64,000 nt of DNA from Ignavibacteria bacterium RIFOXYC2_FULL_35_21 (GTDB taxonomy: Bacteria; Bacteroidota; Ignavibacteria; Kapaibacteriales; UBA2268). Below, piece after piece: positions 37,113-46,911 of this stretch. How positions within the stretch are numbered: position 1 is the first letter of the stretch; each line of letters opens with the position of its first letter. Made by a program: the position numbers and the translations under genes. The notes beneath the pieces were generated by a model. The model was not told the origin of the DNA. It searched no databases and saw only the letters and a program-made list of their open reading frames with translations. The stretch is from the NCBI GenBank assembly GCA_001804705.1, contig MHAY01000038.1, positions 1,738 to 65,737 of the forward strand, read 5' to 3'.

Positions 37113-37184
37113 TATTAAATTAATTACGAATTATGAATTACGAATTACGAATTAAAATACATTTTACAATTTATATTTTTATTT

Positions 37185-37208
37185 GGGCAGAAAATATTCT
37201 GCCCCTAC
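37185..37208. repeat. REP-like palindrome, GGGCAGAA family
   Basis: Identical to 35596..35619. Confidence 0.8.
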
Positions 37209-37315
37209 ATTTTTTTTCGATTTATCAGAAAATGAAATCTTCTAAACTAAGGAATTTATACGATTTGAAAAAAATTAATTTATGTCTATTTTTCAATAAA
37301 TGGCTCATAATCATT

Positions 37316-37425
37316 GAATTAACCCCATGCTTCAGCATGGGGGGCAACAAGAGACGAGACCCACAGCTTCGCCCAGCCCCCATCTTAAAAGATGGGGTTA
37401 ATCAAAATCATCATAATTACATTTA
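37316..37425 (+). repeat. Dispersed copy of the 146-bp repeat family
   Basis: attaaccccatgcttcagcatgggggg..agagacgagacccacag..ccccatcttaaaagatggggttaat..aaaatcatca. Confidence 0.8.
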
Positions 37426-37456
37426 TCACACTAAACAAAATTTCGACACAATTAAA

Positions 37457-37485
37457 TAAAAAAAACCCACGAATAATCGCGGGCT
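37457..37485 (-). terminator. Strand-specific intrinsic terminator after the FadL-like gene
   Basis: Minus strand reads gcccgcg-auuauu-cgugggu plus U8. Two pairs are G-U on the minus strand but A-C mismatches on the plus strand. Confidence 0.65.
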
Positions 37486-37510
37486 TTTTATTAATAAGGA
37501 AAAATTCTTT

Positions 37511-38752
37511 TTAATCAATTGTATAGCATAATCCAAGGCTGATAGCAATAATATTTGTATTATGTATGCCGCCATTGTTACGTGGTGGTTCGTTTGTATC
37601 CCAGGCAACATTTCTTTCTGTCCCCATAAGATATTCTGCACCAAAATCAATATTAAATTGGTCTGTCAATTTATAACTTGCTCCAATTGTGAATGTATTA
37701 TATGTTTGACTTGGGAACAAAATATTCAGAGTGTTATCAGGTGCCGGAGCAGGGTCATAATAATACCCCAACCTGATTGCAAATTCCCTGCTAAAATCAT
37801 ATTGAGCCCCGAATCTAATTTGCATAGCATCTTTCCAATCCAAATGCATTATTCTGTCTTTTCCAATTAATGAATTCCAAAGAGTATCTTTATAATCAGT
37901 AATCAATGAATCTTCTGTATTGCTCCACATACTGTTTTGAATATCGAAAGCTATTGTCAAATTTTCAATGGGGAAAAATGCAATACCACCACCAAACCAT
38001 ATGGGCCAGGCAACCTCTCTGCTGAAATCGGATTCAGGCTCACCAACAGCCTGCATCGCGGGATTTTTAGCGGTTCCTTCAAACTTAATATTATTTTCTG
38101 TTTTAAACGATAGTCCGATATTAAACAATTTATGAGGTTTTACCAACAAGCCAACACTTCCTCCAAAACCCATACCTGTACTTGTCTCATCATATTGTAA
38201 TGGGGCATATCTTTTCAAATCAAACATACCATAATGAATGTCTAATGAGGCTCCGACAGAAAACATATCATTTATCCTATAAGCGATAACAGGTGATATA
38301 TCAAATACTGCAATTTTTGTTTTCCACTCATAAGCAGTTCCTCCAGTTAGGTTTTTTAATTCATCACCATTCCATTCTGTTCCAAGCCCTGCAGGGACAT
38401 AAGCTCCTAAACCTACTACAAGGTCGCCTTTCATAAGCGGTATATATCCTGCAATATTAGGACTGATATAATGATTGGATTTTGATTTTGCATCAATTCC
38501 GTACGTTTCAAATTTGTATGTTGATGTAGGAATAACATCAGTAACAAAAGCGGCAATTTGAATTTTGTCTAAGTTAGTTACTCCTGCAGGATTCCAATAT
38601 ACTGCCGTGTAATCATCCGCCAATCCGATAAATGCTCCGCCCATACCGAGGGCTTTGGGTCCAATACTGTTAAGGCTTAAGCCGTTTCCTAAGGTTAGTG
38701 AAACTGCAGTTAAGAAAAAAACTGCGATTAAGCAGGTAATTTTAAATTTCAT
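37511..38752 (-). CDS. Outer membrane transport protein, OMPP1/FadL/TodX family
   Basis: Signal peptide, then SIGPKALGMGGAFIGLADDYTAVYWNPAG, typical of the family. About 410 aa barrel. Confidence 0.75.
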   Translation of the reverse strand: MKFKITCLIAVFFLTAVSLTLGNGLSLNSIGPKALGMGGAFIGLADDYTAVYWNPAGVTNLDKIQIAAFVTDVIPTSTYKFETYGIDAKSKSNHYISPNIAGYIPLMKGDLVVGLGAYVPAGLGTEWNGDELKNLTGGTAYEWKTKIAVFDISPVIAYRINDMFSVGASLDIHYGMFDLKRYAPLQYDETSTGMGFGGSVGLLVKPHKLFNIGLSFKTENNIKFEGTAKNPAMQAVGEPESDFSREVAWPIWFGGGIAFFPIENLTIAFDIQNSMWSNTEDSLITDYKDTLWNSLIGKDRIMHLDWKDAMQIRFGAQYDFSREFAIRLGYYYDPAPAPDNTLNILFPSQTYNTFTIGASYKLTDQFNIDFGAEYLMGTERNVAWDTNEPPRNNGGIHNTNIIAISLGLCYTID

Positions 38753-38803
38753 TTTACCTCCATTGATTTGTTAATAATGAATTGATTTTTTTTATTTTTT
38801 AGA

Positions 38804-38875
38804 GGGGTTCAAAATTTTGAACCCCAACTATTTATTTCCCGATTAACAAATGGACAGAAAATATTCTGTCCCTAC
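38804..38875. repeat. Two REP-like palindromes (GGGGTTC family and GGACAGAA variant)
   Basis: ggggttcaaaattttgaacccc and ggacagaaaatattctgtccctac. Confidence 0.8.
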
Positions 38876-38949
38876 GAATTGTAAAATATGAAAAAAAAAA
38901 TTATTAATACAAGAAAAATTGATTTTGGGGAGTGATTTTTATTCTTTTT

Positions 38950-39059
38950 GTAGGGATTCAAAATTTTGCATCCTTACACAACCGAAACGAAGGATTTTAT
39001 TTTTTCTCAGGGATTCAAAATTTTGCATCCTTACACAACCGAAACGAAGGGTTTAGATT
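38950..39059. repeat. 57-bp tandem duplication containing a degenerate REP
   Basis: (g)tagggattcaaaattttgcatccttacacaaccgaaacgaagg occurs twice. This accounts for the track ORF 38932..39129. Confidence 0.9.
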
Positions 39060-39086
39060 AATTTGTAATCTTTTTGTTGGTTATTT

Positions 39087-42000
39087 TTATCTCATAATAA
39101 CAAATTTACCAAACAGGGGGTCAACGTAGAATTCGGATTCGATGGTAATTCTGTAGAAGTACATACCGATTGGAAGTGAAGCACCGTTCTCATCTCTTGC
39201 TTCCCAATCAAATTCATTAGTGCCGATAAATATTTCTTTTTTGAACGAAGAAACTTTTTGACCGGAAACATTGTAAACGGAGATGTTGGCTGTTGAACCC
39301 TGGTGGGGAGCTTTGAAATAAAAACTAAATGATGTTGAATTTTCGAATGGATTAGGACTGTTCTTCACATTCTCAATAAATCCGTTTAATGAAACAAAAA
39401 CTGTTACCCTGCTTGTGTCTCTGTTGCCTGTGGCATCTGAAAACATGATAGTAATTATGTTTTCACCAATATCGAGTGAATCACTAATAAAGGACAGTTT
39501 TGCTTTCACAGGCCGGTCAGTACCCTTAGGGTCGAAAAAGTAATTATTTTCGGCTGTAGAATCTATATATTTAGCATTTATTCTCACTTGAATATCACCT
39601 TCATTAACAGGTTGAATCGAATTATCAAAAAGAGAAATTTCTACATTGGGTGTAATCGAAACATAATCACCGTTTTTAACTTTTATTCCGTCTAATTGCA
39701 GCTCAATTGTCGGTTTTATTTTATCTTCAATAATGTGGAGGATTCGTTTTTCGCTGTTATTAAATGTGTAAATGTCTTTTTGGCTGCTGTCTAATGATAA
39801 TGATGCAAGCAAATGAGTATTGGTTTCTAGTGATATTGTTTCAATATCAAATGATGTTTGTGATTCCTCATTCATCTGCAATTTGCCAATGTCTTTGGTG
39901 TCCGTTATTGGCGAATTGTTATCGGAATACAGAATTAAATCCATAGCAGATTTTTCGGATGCGATTCTATTGGAAATGTTTTTTATAACAAAATCGGTTG
40001 TAAAAAGTTCACCCCTCATAATTGAATCGGACTTAATGACACAATTATCTTTAACAAATGACAGCTCCGGAAGTGGATTGAAACAAGAAGAAAATGAAGT
40101 TATGTAACAGACAGAAGTATCATTGCTCCGCTCAAGGCCGGTTTCTACTTTTAAATAAGGATATTCATCGGCTCGAATTTCGGATAAATCAATGGATAAA
40201 GATGTATCGTTTTCTATAAGTTTGACAGAATCATTTTTATCGTAAGGCAGCCCAAAAACAATTATTTTATTTTTTGTGTTCACAGAATCAATCTTGCCTG
40301 TAAAAGATAAGTTCTTCCAATGCTTAGCCGGTCCTATGACAGGTGTTTTCAGATGTCCTTTTCTCAATTTTATTTCAATGTTTCCAGTGATTTGAGCAAC
40401 ATTTCCTTCGGTGTTGAGTGCCTCGGGAATTGAACCCACAGGCGAGCCTCTTCTGCCAAGCATAACAAATGAATTTGGGTCAGCACTGGTTTTAGCAGTT
40501 ATTGAATCTGCAAGTTTTGAGCCGTATTGCCTGAGATAATACCTTAATGAATCGAATGAACCAATACTCTTCGGATTGTATTTCAGGCTATCCCAAAAAA
40601 GCCTGAATGATGCACCGTAAGTAGCTATTAAAACATAATCGTTAGAGTCAACGGAATCTTTTAAAAATCTTACAAATTTAACTCCATTTAAGGTTTGGGA
40701 ATCACTCCATGTATCGAAATTACGTTTCATTTTGAAACTGCCGTCTATACCTGATGCAACAACAATGTAAAAACCTATAGGTGCCTGAGAACCTGTGTAA
40801 TCTTCAATATAAGGTTTATCATCCAATCTGATTTCAACTCCCCTAACAATTAAACCAGTGATACCATGAATACTGACAAGTTTAAAAGGTAAAAATTTTG
40901 TCTCAAATGTTATCCTCGATGTATCATCAATTGTAATTATGCTAAGGCTGTCGAGCTGCATAGTAGATAATTGTTCTTTTCCATGCATGATGTATTTTAC
41001 AAGCCCGCTATCCTTGGAAGAAGTTGTTGAAAATGGAATCCACAAAACTTTACTTTCTACCAAGCCGGTAGTACTTTTTTTATAGGCCACAAACCAGTAA
41101 GGCTGATTGTTTTCAAACCTCGACTGCGGTTTCCATTCGAGATGTGTCCCATAATCTGTAATTTCATCATCGAGTGAAGAATAAACAGGATCTGTCGTTA
41201 AATCTTTTTTGTCACGAATTTCGAAATTATATTTTATATTATTATTACATACAGGGTCAATCACTCTAAAAACAGGAACGGTGGCTTTCATATCCCAATA
41301 AGGTAAAGGCTCTAAGGGAACAAGCCCCTGTGAAAAGACTTCAAATGTTATAACAGCATAATTATTATCAGTGTTTGAATCTCTCAGCATATAATATGGG
41401 TCAATTTCCAAAGTAACCTTGTGTTTACCCGGCATTTCCCATACCGGAATTGTAAATTGAAACGGAGCTTCCATACAAATACCGGGTACAAAAATTACTA
41501 TTGTATCCCTGTAATTCTCAAATTCCCTTATTAAACGGAACTCAACCGAATCGTATTGACAATAGCCGCCATTATAAATGAAACCGGATATGGTAACAAG
41601 TGAATCGCTTTCTGTAATAACAGTCTCACCATTTTTATTTGTTAATTCAATTTCCTCGGGCACGGTATATAGGTCAGGTTGTGTTTTTATTTTCAATTTG
41701 ACCATGGGGTCGCCGAGCAGGGTAAATTGGTATATTGTTACTGTATCAATTCCCTTTGTCCATAACTGCGATTTACCATAATTTATTATTTCACCAATTT
41801 GCCTGATATTTAGAGTTGTATCGGCTAAACCATCAATCATGTTTGCCATTAAAACCTTGTCAGAGACGACTATACCTGCACTCGATGGCCCTCCAACGCC
41901 AATACTTGCACGATCAGGTTCCAGCAGATATTCTTCATTTCTGCAAATTAAATCGGGTTCGGAAAATGCTCCTGTATTACATCCGTAAGTAGTTAGAAAG

Positions 42001-44924
42001 TTATATTTTGGTTTATTATTCAGCCTGTCAGCATTCCATCCATCCATGTCAAATATGGTTGGTGAAGAATGTCCAAGGAAGCTAACCCAAATAGCACCAC
42101 TGTTTATTTTGGATATTATTTCAGGCCCTTCAGTTGCACTACCGGGTATGTCATCTGTTTTTTTAATAGTTATGGTATCGCCGCATAAATCGCGTTCGCG
42201 TAATGTAATATTATCAGAACAAAGAGTAACAAGGTCCCAAAACTCAAACCTTTCATTTGAATTCATACCTCCCGATAAGAACAAAAAATTTTTCATCCAG
42301 GGCCTTAACGGAATTGAATCATATTCTTTTATTTTTTGAATATATTTCAAACCTGTAGGATTATCCATAATAGGAATTCGTCCTATGATTATTTCGCTAA
42401 GAAAATCATCTCCGTCTAATCTGGTGTACCAATGGTCGCTAACGGGCCAGCCATAGCTGGGGACATAATCAATATATTTAGCATTAGGAGAAAGTTTTCT
42501 ATAATCCCAACACGCATCGCCTACGAGGGTTAAATATACGGGTGCGGGCCTATCCCATGTGAAATATGCTGTTTTAAGAAAGTCCTTGATAGCATGAGGT
42601 GTTTTAATGCCGTAGCTGAATTCTTTATATATATCATCAACGTCAACAACCATTGCTTTAATATTATGTGTCCTTTCCCTGTAATGAGCAAGGCTGTCGG
42701 CAGTCTCTCCGAATTTATTATGAGTTATAACAAGTAAATCAAAACGGTTTGTTGTGTCTCTAAGGTTTGTGGGTGTAACACTATAGATTGAAGCATGTTC
42801 GATTGAAGATTCATCTCTGCATAACAATTTGTAAGAAGAACCTTTTGGAAGTTTAATTTTGCCGGAATAAGATACACCATCTCCATGTTTTATGTATTCA
42901 TCAAGTTGGGCTGTACCACTTGTAATCCTTTTTTCGATTACCGAATTCAGATTTCCTTTTCTAACAACAAAAGCCCATGACTGGCCGGGAACTCTCGTAA
43001 CGATTTCTTTACTGCCAAGGTTTTGAATGATATTTCTTGTACTCAGTGGAAGTAATCCCTCTGAATTATTAGCTAAACAAATAATACTGCTGTCGGGAAT
43101 GTTTTGCAAATAATTATCAAGTTCGCTTTCAAAAACCGTAAAAAGTTTATATTCAGCTTTATAATCCGGGGAACGCAAAATTCCAACATGCATTCCTTGT
43201 CCAACAGAATCACAGAGAATTGAATCATTCATAACGATGCCCGATGATGGTTTCTTACCATTAACTATAGTAGCTCTTACTAACGAACCCCTTTCTGTTT
43301 CGGGTAATTGTATGATTTTTTTTGAAGAGTCAATTACATAAATGTATTGGGAATTGAAACTCTTGGTTTTAATCTCTGAATCGGAAATTAAATTGTTAAC
43401 TTCAAAATCTAATTTTCCATTGAAAGCATAAGGTTTTATCATTCCTTCAACATTGATATAATCTATCCAAACATCGTCGGGTTGCTGTATATTATTCTCT
43501 ATATCACGGGTAAAAAAAGATTTTAACATTATTTTATTAATGCCTGAATTCAATTTGCTTAGAGGATATGTTATAACTACAGTATCCGCCTTCCAGTGTT
43601 CTACCTGGTATGTGGCAATTGTATCATAGTTGATTATGCCTTTTAAGATATGAAAAGGTGTGCTCTTTAATTTTAGAAATTCTTTACTTTTTAAATAAAG
43701 TGTGAATTTTATTGAGTCAGAAGAATTTATATCTGAATTTAATAAAGTGGAATAAGTAAAAGTTTCCTTTTCATATGGATTTGCTAATTGATAATCCGGG
43801 AAAGGAGAAATGAAGTCCCAATACCATGCTTCTGCATCTACTGTTTCTGTTCCGATTTGAAAATCGAAATAACCCCTGTAATATATTTTATCATACTCGA
43901 TGTGATTATTTACTTTGATTTTTTCAATTGGTTCAAGTGGTTGAGTAATACCTTGGAACTGGCTTATTCTTATTCCTTCGTAGTTTTCATCATATACTAA
44001 GAAAAATACATTTTCATTTGAAAAGACATTAAACCATGTGGTGTCGCCGATGGGCCTTAACCCGATAAATAAAATTCTGTCATTTGCATCCAGAATCCCG
44101 TCAGTATCATTCATAAAATATATGGGCTTTTCTATTCCTTTATGTAAAAGATGCAGGTATTTTGTTTGTTTGCCCATGAATGAACTTCTATTCAAAGCAG
44201 AATCACTACCATTAATAAAAGCTATTCCGTCTTTTGTTGTGGTGATTTTTAAGTATGTTTTGTCGGGTGAATACCAATAATCCGAAGATAAAATTCTGTC
44301 AAAACTTTTTTTGTCTGATAATCTCTGCTGAAGATAATAATTCAGGTGTTTTTTATTTATTATTGATGCAAAAAAACTTTTTTCGGTTTCATTTAATTGT
44401 AGTTCGGAGAGGGGTATGGGTTTAGGGAGGTGAATTACTATTTCTACAGATTGAAGAGCTTTTATTTCCATGTTTTTGAAATCAAATTCAAATGGCTGTA
44501 TATTAAGTGAAGCAATAGGAACACCTCTTTGGATTCCCGAATTAACAATTCCTGTTGTAACAATAAGATTAGTTTCATTTAAAATGTCTAAATCTTTAAC
44601 TTCGATTTTTCCAATGCTGACTAATTTTTTTTGATTGATTGTTATATTTTCTGATGAAATCTGTAGAAGGGCTAAATTAAAATGCAATTCATCAAAATTA
44701 ATTTTGCCGTTTTTCTGAAAAATATTATTTGAATTATCAATCTTAAGAGAAATTCGATTATTATTATCGGCCTGATAATGTGTTTTGAGATGGTTGATTT
44801 TTATGATGATTTTATCGGTGTAGCACTCAGTTTCCAAAATATTTGCAAAAGAGTAAGCAAAATCAGGCACAATGAAAAAGCCTAAGGATAAAATAAAACT
44901 ATATAATATTTTTTTATCAATCAT
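39087..44924 (-). CDS. Giant peptidase C25 (gingipain-like) family protein with T9SS C-terminal sorting domain
   Basis: C25 core DLLVITHNKF...IYKEFSYG...LVGDACWDYR, candidate His/Cys dyad (SFLGHSSP, TTYGCNTGAF), tail NSPNPFENSTSFSF...GMYFYRI. Confidence 0.8.
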   Translation of the reverse strand: MIDKKILYSFILSLGFFIVPDFAYSFANILETECYTDKIIIKINHLKTHYQADNNNRISLKIDNSNNIFQKNGKINFDELHFNLALLQISSENITINQKKLVSIGKIEVKDLDILNETNLIVTTGIVNSGIQRGVPIASLNIQPFEFDFKNMEIKALQSVEIVIHLPKPIPLSELQLNETEKSFFASIINKKHLNYYLQQRLSDKKSFDRILSSDYWYSPDKTYLKITTTKDGIAFINGSDSALNRSSFMGKQTKYLHLLHKGIEKPIYFMNDTDGILDANDRILFIGLRPIGDTTWFNVFSNENVFFLVYDENYEGIRISQFQGITQPLEPIEKIKVNNHIEYDKIYYRGYFDFQIGTETVDAEAWYWDFISPFPDYQLANPYEKETFTYSTLLNSDINSSDSIKFTLYLKSKEFLKLKSTPFHILKGIINYDTIATYQVEHWKADTVVITYPLSKLNSGINKIMLKSFFTRDIENNIQQPDDVWIDYINVEGMIKPYAFNGKLDFEVNNLISDSEIKTKSFNSQYIYVIDSSKKIIQLPETERGSLVRATIVNGKKPSSGIVMNDSILCDSVGQGMHVGILRSPDYKAEYKLFTVFESELDNYLQNIPDSSIICLANNSEGLLPLSTRNIIQNLGSKEIVTRVPGQSWAFVVRKGNLNSVIEKRITSGTAQLDEYIKHGDGVSYSGKIKLPKGSSYKLLCRDESSIEHASIYSVTPTNLRDTTNRFDLLVITHNKFGETADSLAHYRERTHNIKAMVVDVDDIYKEFSYGIKTPHAIKDFLKTAYFTWDRPAPVYLTLVGDACWDYRKLSPNAKYIDYVPSYGWPVSDHWYTRLDGDDFLSEIIIGRIPIMDNPTGLKYIQKIKEYDSIPLRPWMKNFLFLSGGMNSNERFEFWDLVTLCSDNITLRERDLCGDTITIKKTDDIPGSATEGPEIISKINSGAIWVSFLGHSSPTIFDMDGWNADRLNNKPKYNFLTTYGCNTGAFSEPDLICRNEEYLLEPDRASIGVGGPSSAGIVVSDKVLMANMIDGLADTTLNIRQIGEIINYGKSQLWTKGIDTVTIYQFTLLGDPMVKLKIKTQPDLYTVPEEIELTNKNGETVITESDSLVTISGFIYNGGYCQYDSVEFRLIREFENYRDTIVIFVPGICMEAPFQFTIPVWEMPGKHKVTLEIDPYYMLRDSNTDNNYAVITFEVFSQGLVPLEPLPYWDMKATVPVFRVIDPVCNNNIKYNFEIRDKKDLTTDPVYSSLDDEITDYGTHLEWKPQSRFENNQPYWFVAYKKSTTGLVESKVLWIPFSTTSSKDSGLVKYIMHGKEQLSTMQLDSLSIITIDDTSRITFETKFLPFKLVSIHGITGLIVRGVEIRLDDKPYIEDYTGSQAPIGFYIVVASGIDGSFKMKRNFDTWSDSQTLNGVKFVRFLKDSVDSNDYVLIATYGASFRLFWDSLKYNPKSIGSFDSLRYYLRQYGSKLADSITAKTSADPNSFVMLGRRGSPVGSIPEALNTEGNVAQITGNIEIKLRKGHLKTPVIGPAKHWKNLSFTGKIDSVNTKNKIIVFGLPYDKNDSVKLIENDTSLSIDLSEIRADEYPYLKVETGLERSNDTSVCYITSFSSCFNPLPELSFVKDNCVIKSDSIMRGELFTTDFVIKNISNRIASEKSAMDLILYSDNNSPITDTKDIGKLQMNEESQTSFDIETISLETNTHLLASLSLDSSQKDIYTFNNSEKRILHIIEDKIKPTIELQLDGIKVKNGDYVSITPNVEISLFDNSIQPVNEGDIQVRINAKYIDSTAENNYFFDPKGTDRPVKAKLSFISDSLDIGENIITIMFSDATGNRDTSRVTVFVSLNGFIENVKNSPNPFENSTSFSFYFKAPHQGSTANISVYNVSGQKVSSFKKEIFIGTNEFDWEARDENGASLPIGMYFYRITIESEFYVDPLFGKFVIMR

Positions 44925-45012
44925 AAAAAATTAATCTCAAACAGAACATAATTATTTATTTAAGACTAATTATCTTTATAATCATTGTATATTCATATTA
45001 ATGAATAAAAAA

Positions 45013-45050
45013 AACCGCATAAACCTTGAGCTTATGCGGTTATTTTTTTT
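45013..45050. terminator. Bidirectional intrinsic terminator
   Basis: accgcataa...ttatgcggt flanked by A8 and T8. Confidence 0.7.
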
Positions 45051-45061
45051 AAAAGAGAAAA

Positions 45062-46399
45062 TTATTTTTTTTCGACAAAAGATTCTTTTATTCCAATCAT
45101 AATCTTCTTACTGATTTCTTCAGCAACAACTTTATGTACATTGGAATCGCTTGTCATATACTCCGAGATAGCTTTTTCTACTCTGGATTTAATAATTTCG
45201 GCTGTTTGTCCAACAAGTGCATTTGTGAGCTGATGTATGTCGTGGCTCTGGCCTTTCAATGTCTCAAGCTGACTTCTGTTTGCATCCTCCATCTTCTTCA
45301 ACATCCTGTCCATGCGCTCTTCTTCTTCGGTGTAGAACAGTGTAACTGCAAGAAGCACAAGCATTGAAAATTCAAGGAAGATAGCAAGTAAAATAAAAGA
45401 AGGCCTTGTCGGAGGAATAAACTTCAAACCTCTGATACCAATTGCTACGATAAGAAAAGCAGCACCGCCATAAGCCATACCAGTAACGTTATTTGAATAT
45501 TTCTCAGTAAAGTGGTGTGCCATGTAAACTCGTAATCCTTTTCCAAGAAGAAAATGATTTTTACGCCATATCAATCCATCTTTGGTGTCTTCAATCTCTT
45601 TAACCACAAAGTCGGAGAAGTATTCTTTTATTCTCCCATACGCCAATTCATTTCTATAATTAACAATATCTGTGGTTTCATTGAAAAAGTCTTCAAATTT
45701 TGCATGTTGCTTAGCAGTAGTTTCTTCGGTATAAGTTCGATCCCAAATAATCTTAAAAGCTCTTTCGATGTCACCCCAATCTCTTTCCCGAAGTTGGTCG
45801 TCAGGCATAATTAAAATATCTACTATATCATCTGTAAAACCTGTCTGGAGCCTTATCTTAGCTCTTGTATTATCCACCTGCCTGTCAAAAAGGATAGCAA
45901 GTAAGCCAAAATTATTGGGCAAGACAATCGTAACCAATGAGGCGCAAAGAAGCGCCAGAACCAAAGCAAGTATCCAAAATCCAACCCAGGGTTCAAGTAT
46001 AATTGGATTTTCACCTAAAAGTTCGGTTTTAGCATAGAACTCGGTTGGTGTTTTTACATAACCATGTTCAGCTTCATTCCGATGACTATAGGTAAAATCG
46101 AATATAAACTCTCTGTTTATATATTCTCTTTTAATTTCAAGATCTTTACCTTTGTATAAATATTCTTTATCTTTGGGTACTGAAGCCCACACCATTCCGT
46201 CGAATTTTACGAATCCGGTTTTGACTAATCTCTCTCCACTTGGTTTGAATAATGGTACAACAAAATTAGCAACTCCCCATGGAATGATTTTATAGAAGAT
46301 AAAAATATAAAATGCCACTACCAAAATAGTCCAAAGAAGGTAATGCTGAATTCCTGTGTGTGAGTTCTTTCCTGCTTGTGAATAGCCTGTTTTTGCCAT
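45062..46399 (-). CDS. Hypothetical polytopic membrane protein with C-terminal coiled coil
   Basis: Several hydrophobic helices and a charged helical tail. No family recognised. Confidence 0.5.
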   Translation of the reverse strand: MAKTGYSQAGKNSHTGIQHYLLWTILVVAFYIFIFYKIIPWGVANFVVPLFKPSGERLVKTGFVKFDGMVWASVPKDKEYLYKGKDLEIKREYINREFIFDFTYSHRNEAEHGYVKTPTEFYAKTELLGENPIILEPWVGFWILALVLALLCASLVTIVLPNNFGLLAILFDRQVDNTRAKIRLQTGFTDDIVDILIMPDDQLRERDWGDIERAFKIIWDRTYTEETTAKQHAKFEDFFNETTDIVNYRNELAYGRIKEYFSDFVVKEIEDTKDGLIWRKNHFLLGKGLRVYMAHHFTEKYSNNVTGMAYGGAAFLIVAIGIRGLKFIPPTRPSFILLAIFLEFSMLVLLAVTLFYTEEEERMDRMLKKMEDANRSQLETLKGQSHDIHQLTNALVGQTAEIIKSRVEKAISEYMTSDSNVHKVVAEEISKKIMIGIKESFVEKK

Positions 46400-46911
46400 A
46401 TTTAACTCATCTCCTGAATTTGTAATATAATTCTATTTTATTATCTTTTTAATAATGTTTTAATTATAATCTTTAAACTTACAAAAAAAGTTCAAAATAA
46501 TGCAAATATATATTGATGTAATAATATAAAAACTTGATTTTTTGTATATGAGCAAAAAAGCATACAAATAATATTTTCTTTAAGAACTCAATAAATATAA
46601 GAAACTTAATATAATATATAAATAAGAATATTCATATACTTTTTTTCATTTTTTTTTATCTTCTTTAAAATTCTTAATTTGCTTTAATGAGAAAGCGAAC
46701 TTTAATAGCAAATCTAATATTATCGGATAAAGGCACTATCCGCGGAGGAACTTTTATTTCGTGTCTTAAAGCCAAATCAAAACTCATCTATATTCTTTAT
46801 TTGACCGGCGAAATTCCCTGTTAAATTACTTAATAATCCTATGTTTTCCATCCATCGAGATGGAGTATTGTTCATTAAGTAAATATTAACATTACTAATA
46901 AAGGTGAAAAA

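Noticed and set aside
38932-39129. 65-aa ORF (VGIQNFASLHNRNEGF repeated)
   Set aside because: It is the translation of the 57-bp tandem REP duplication. The same reasoning applies to ORFs 27317..27565, 27577..27777, 37133..37459 and 63008..63250, all of which lie wholly in repeat DNA without start signals.
46681-46911. Lysine riboswitch (L-box) upstream of the lysine aminotransferase gene
   Set aside because: The 5' part (gagaaagcgaacuuuaauag) resembles the AGAGGUGCGAACUUCAAGAG start of the B. subtilis lysC L-box as I recall it. There are also CUGUUA and GGAG elements near the end. However, I could not draw convincing P2-P4 helices, and the closing pairing is a 7-bp AT-only match that is expected by chance in this composition. 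A cmsearch with the Rfam lysine model would settle it.
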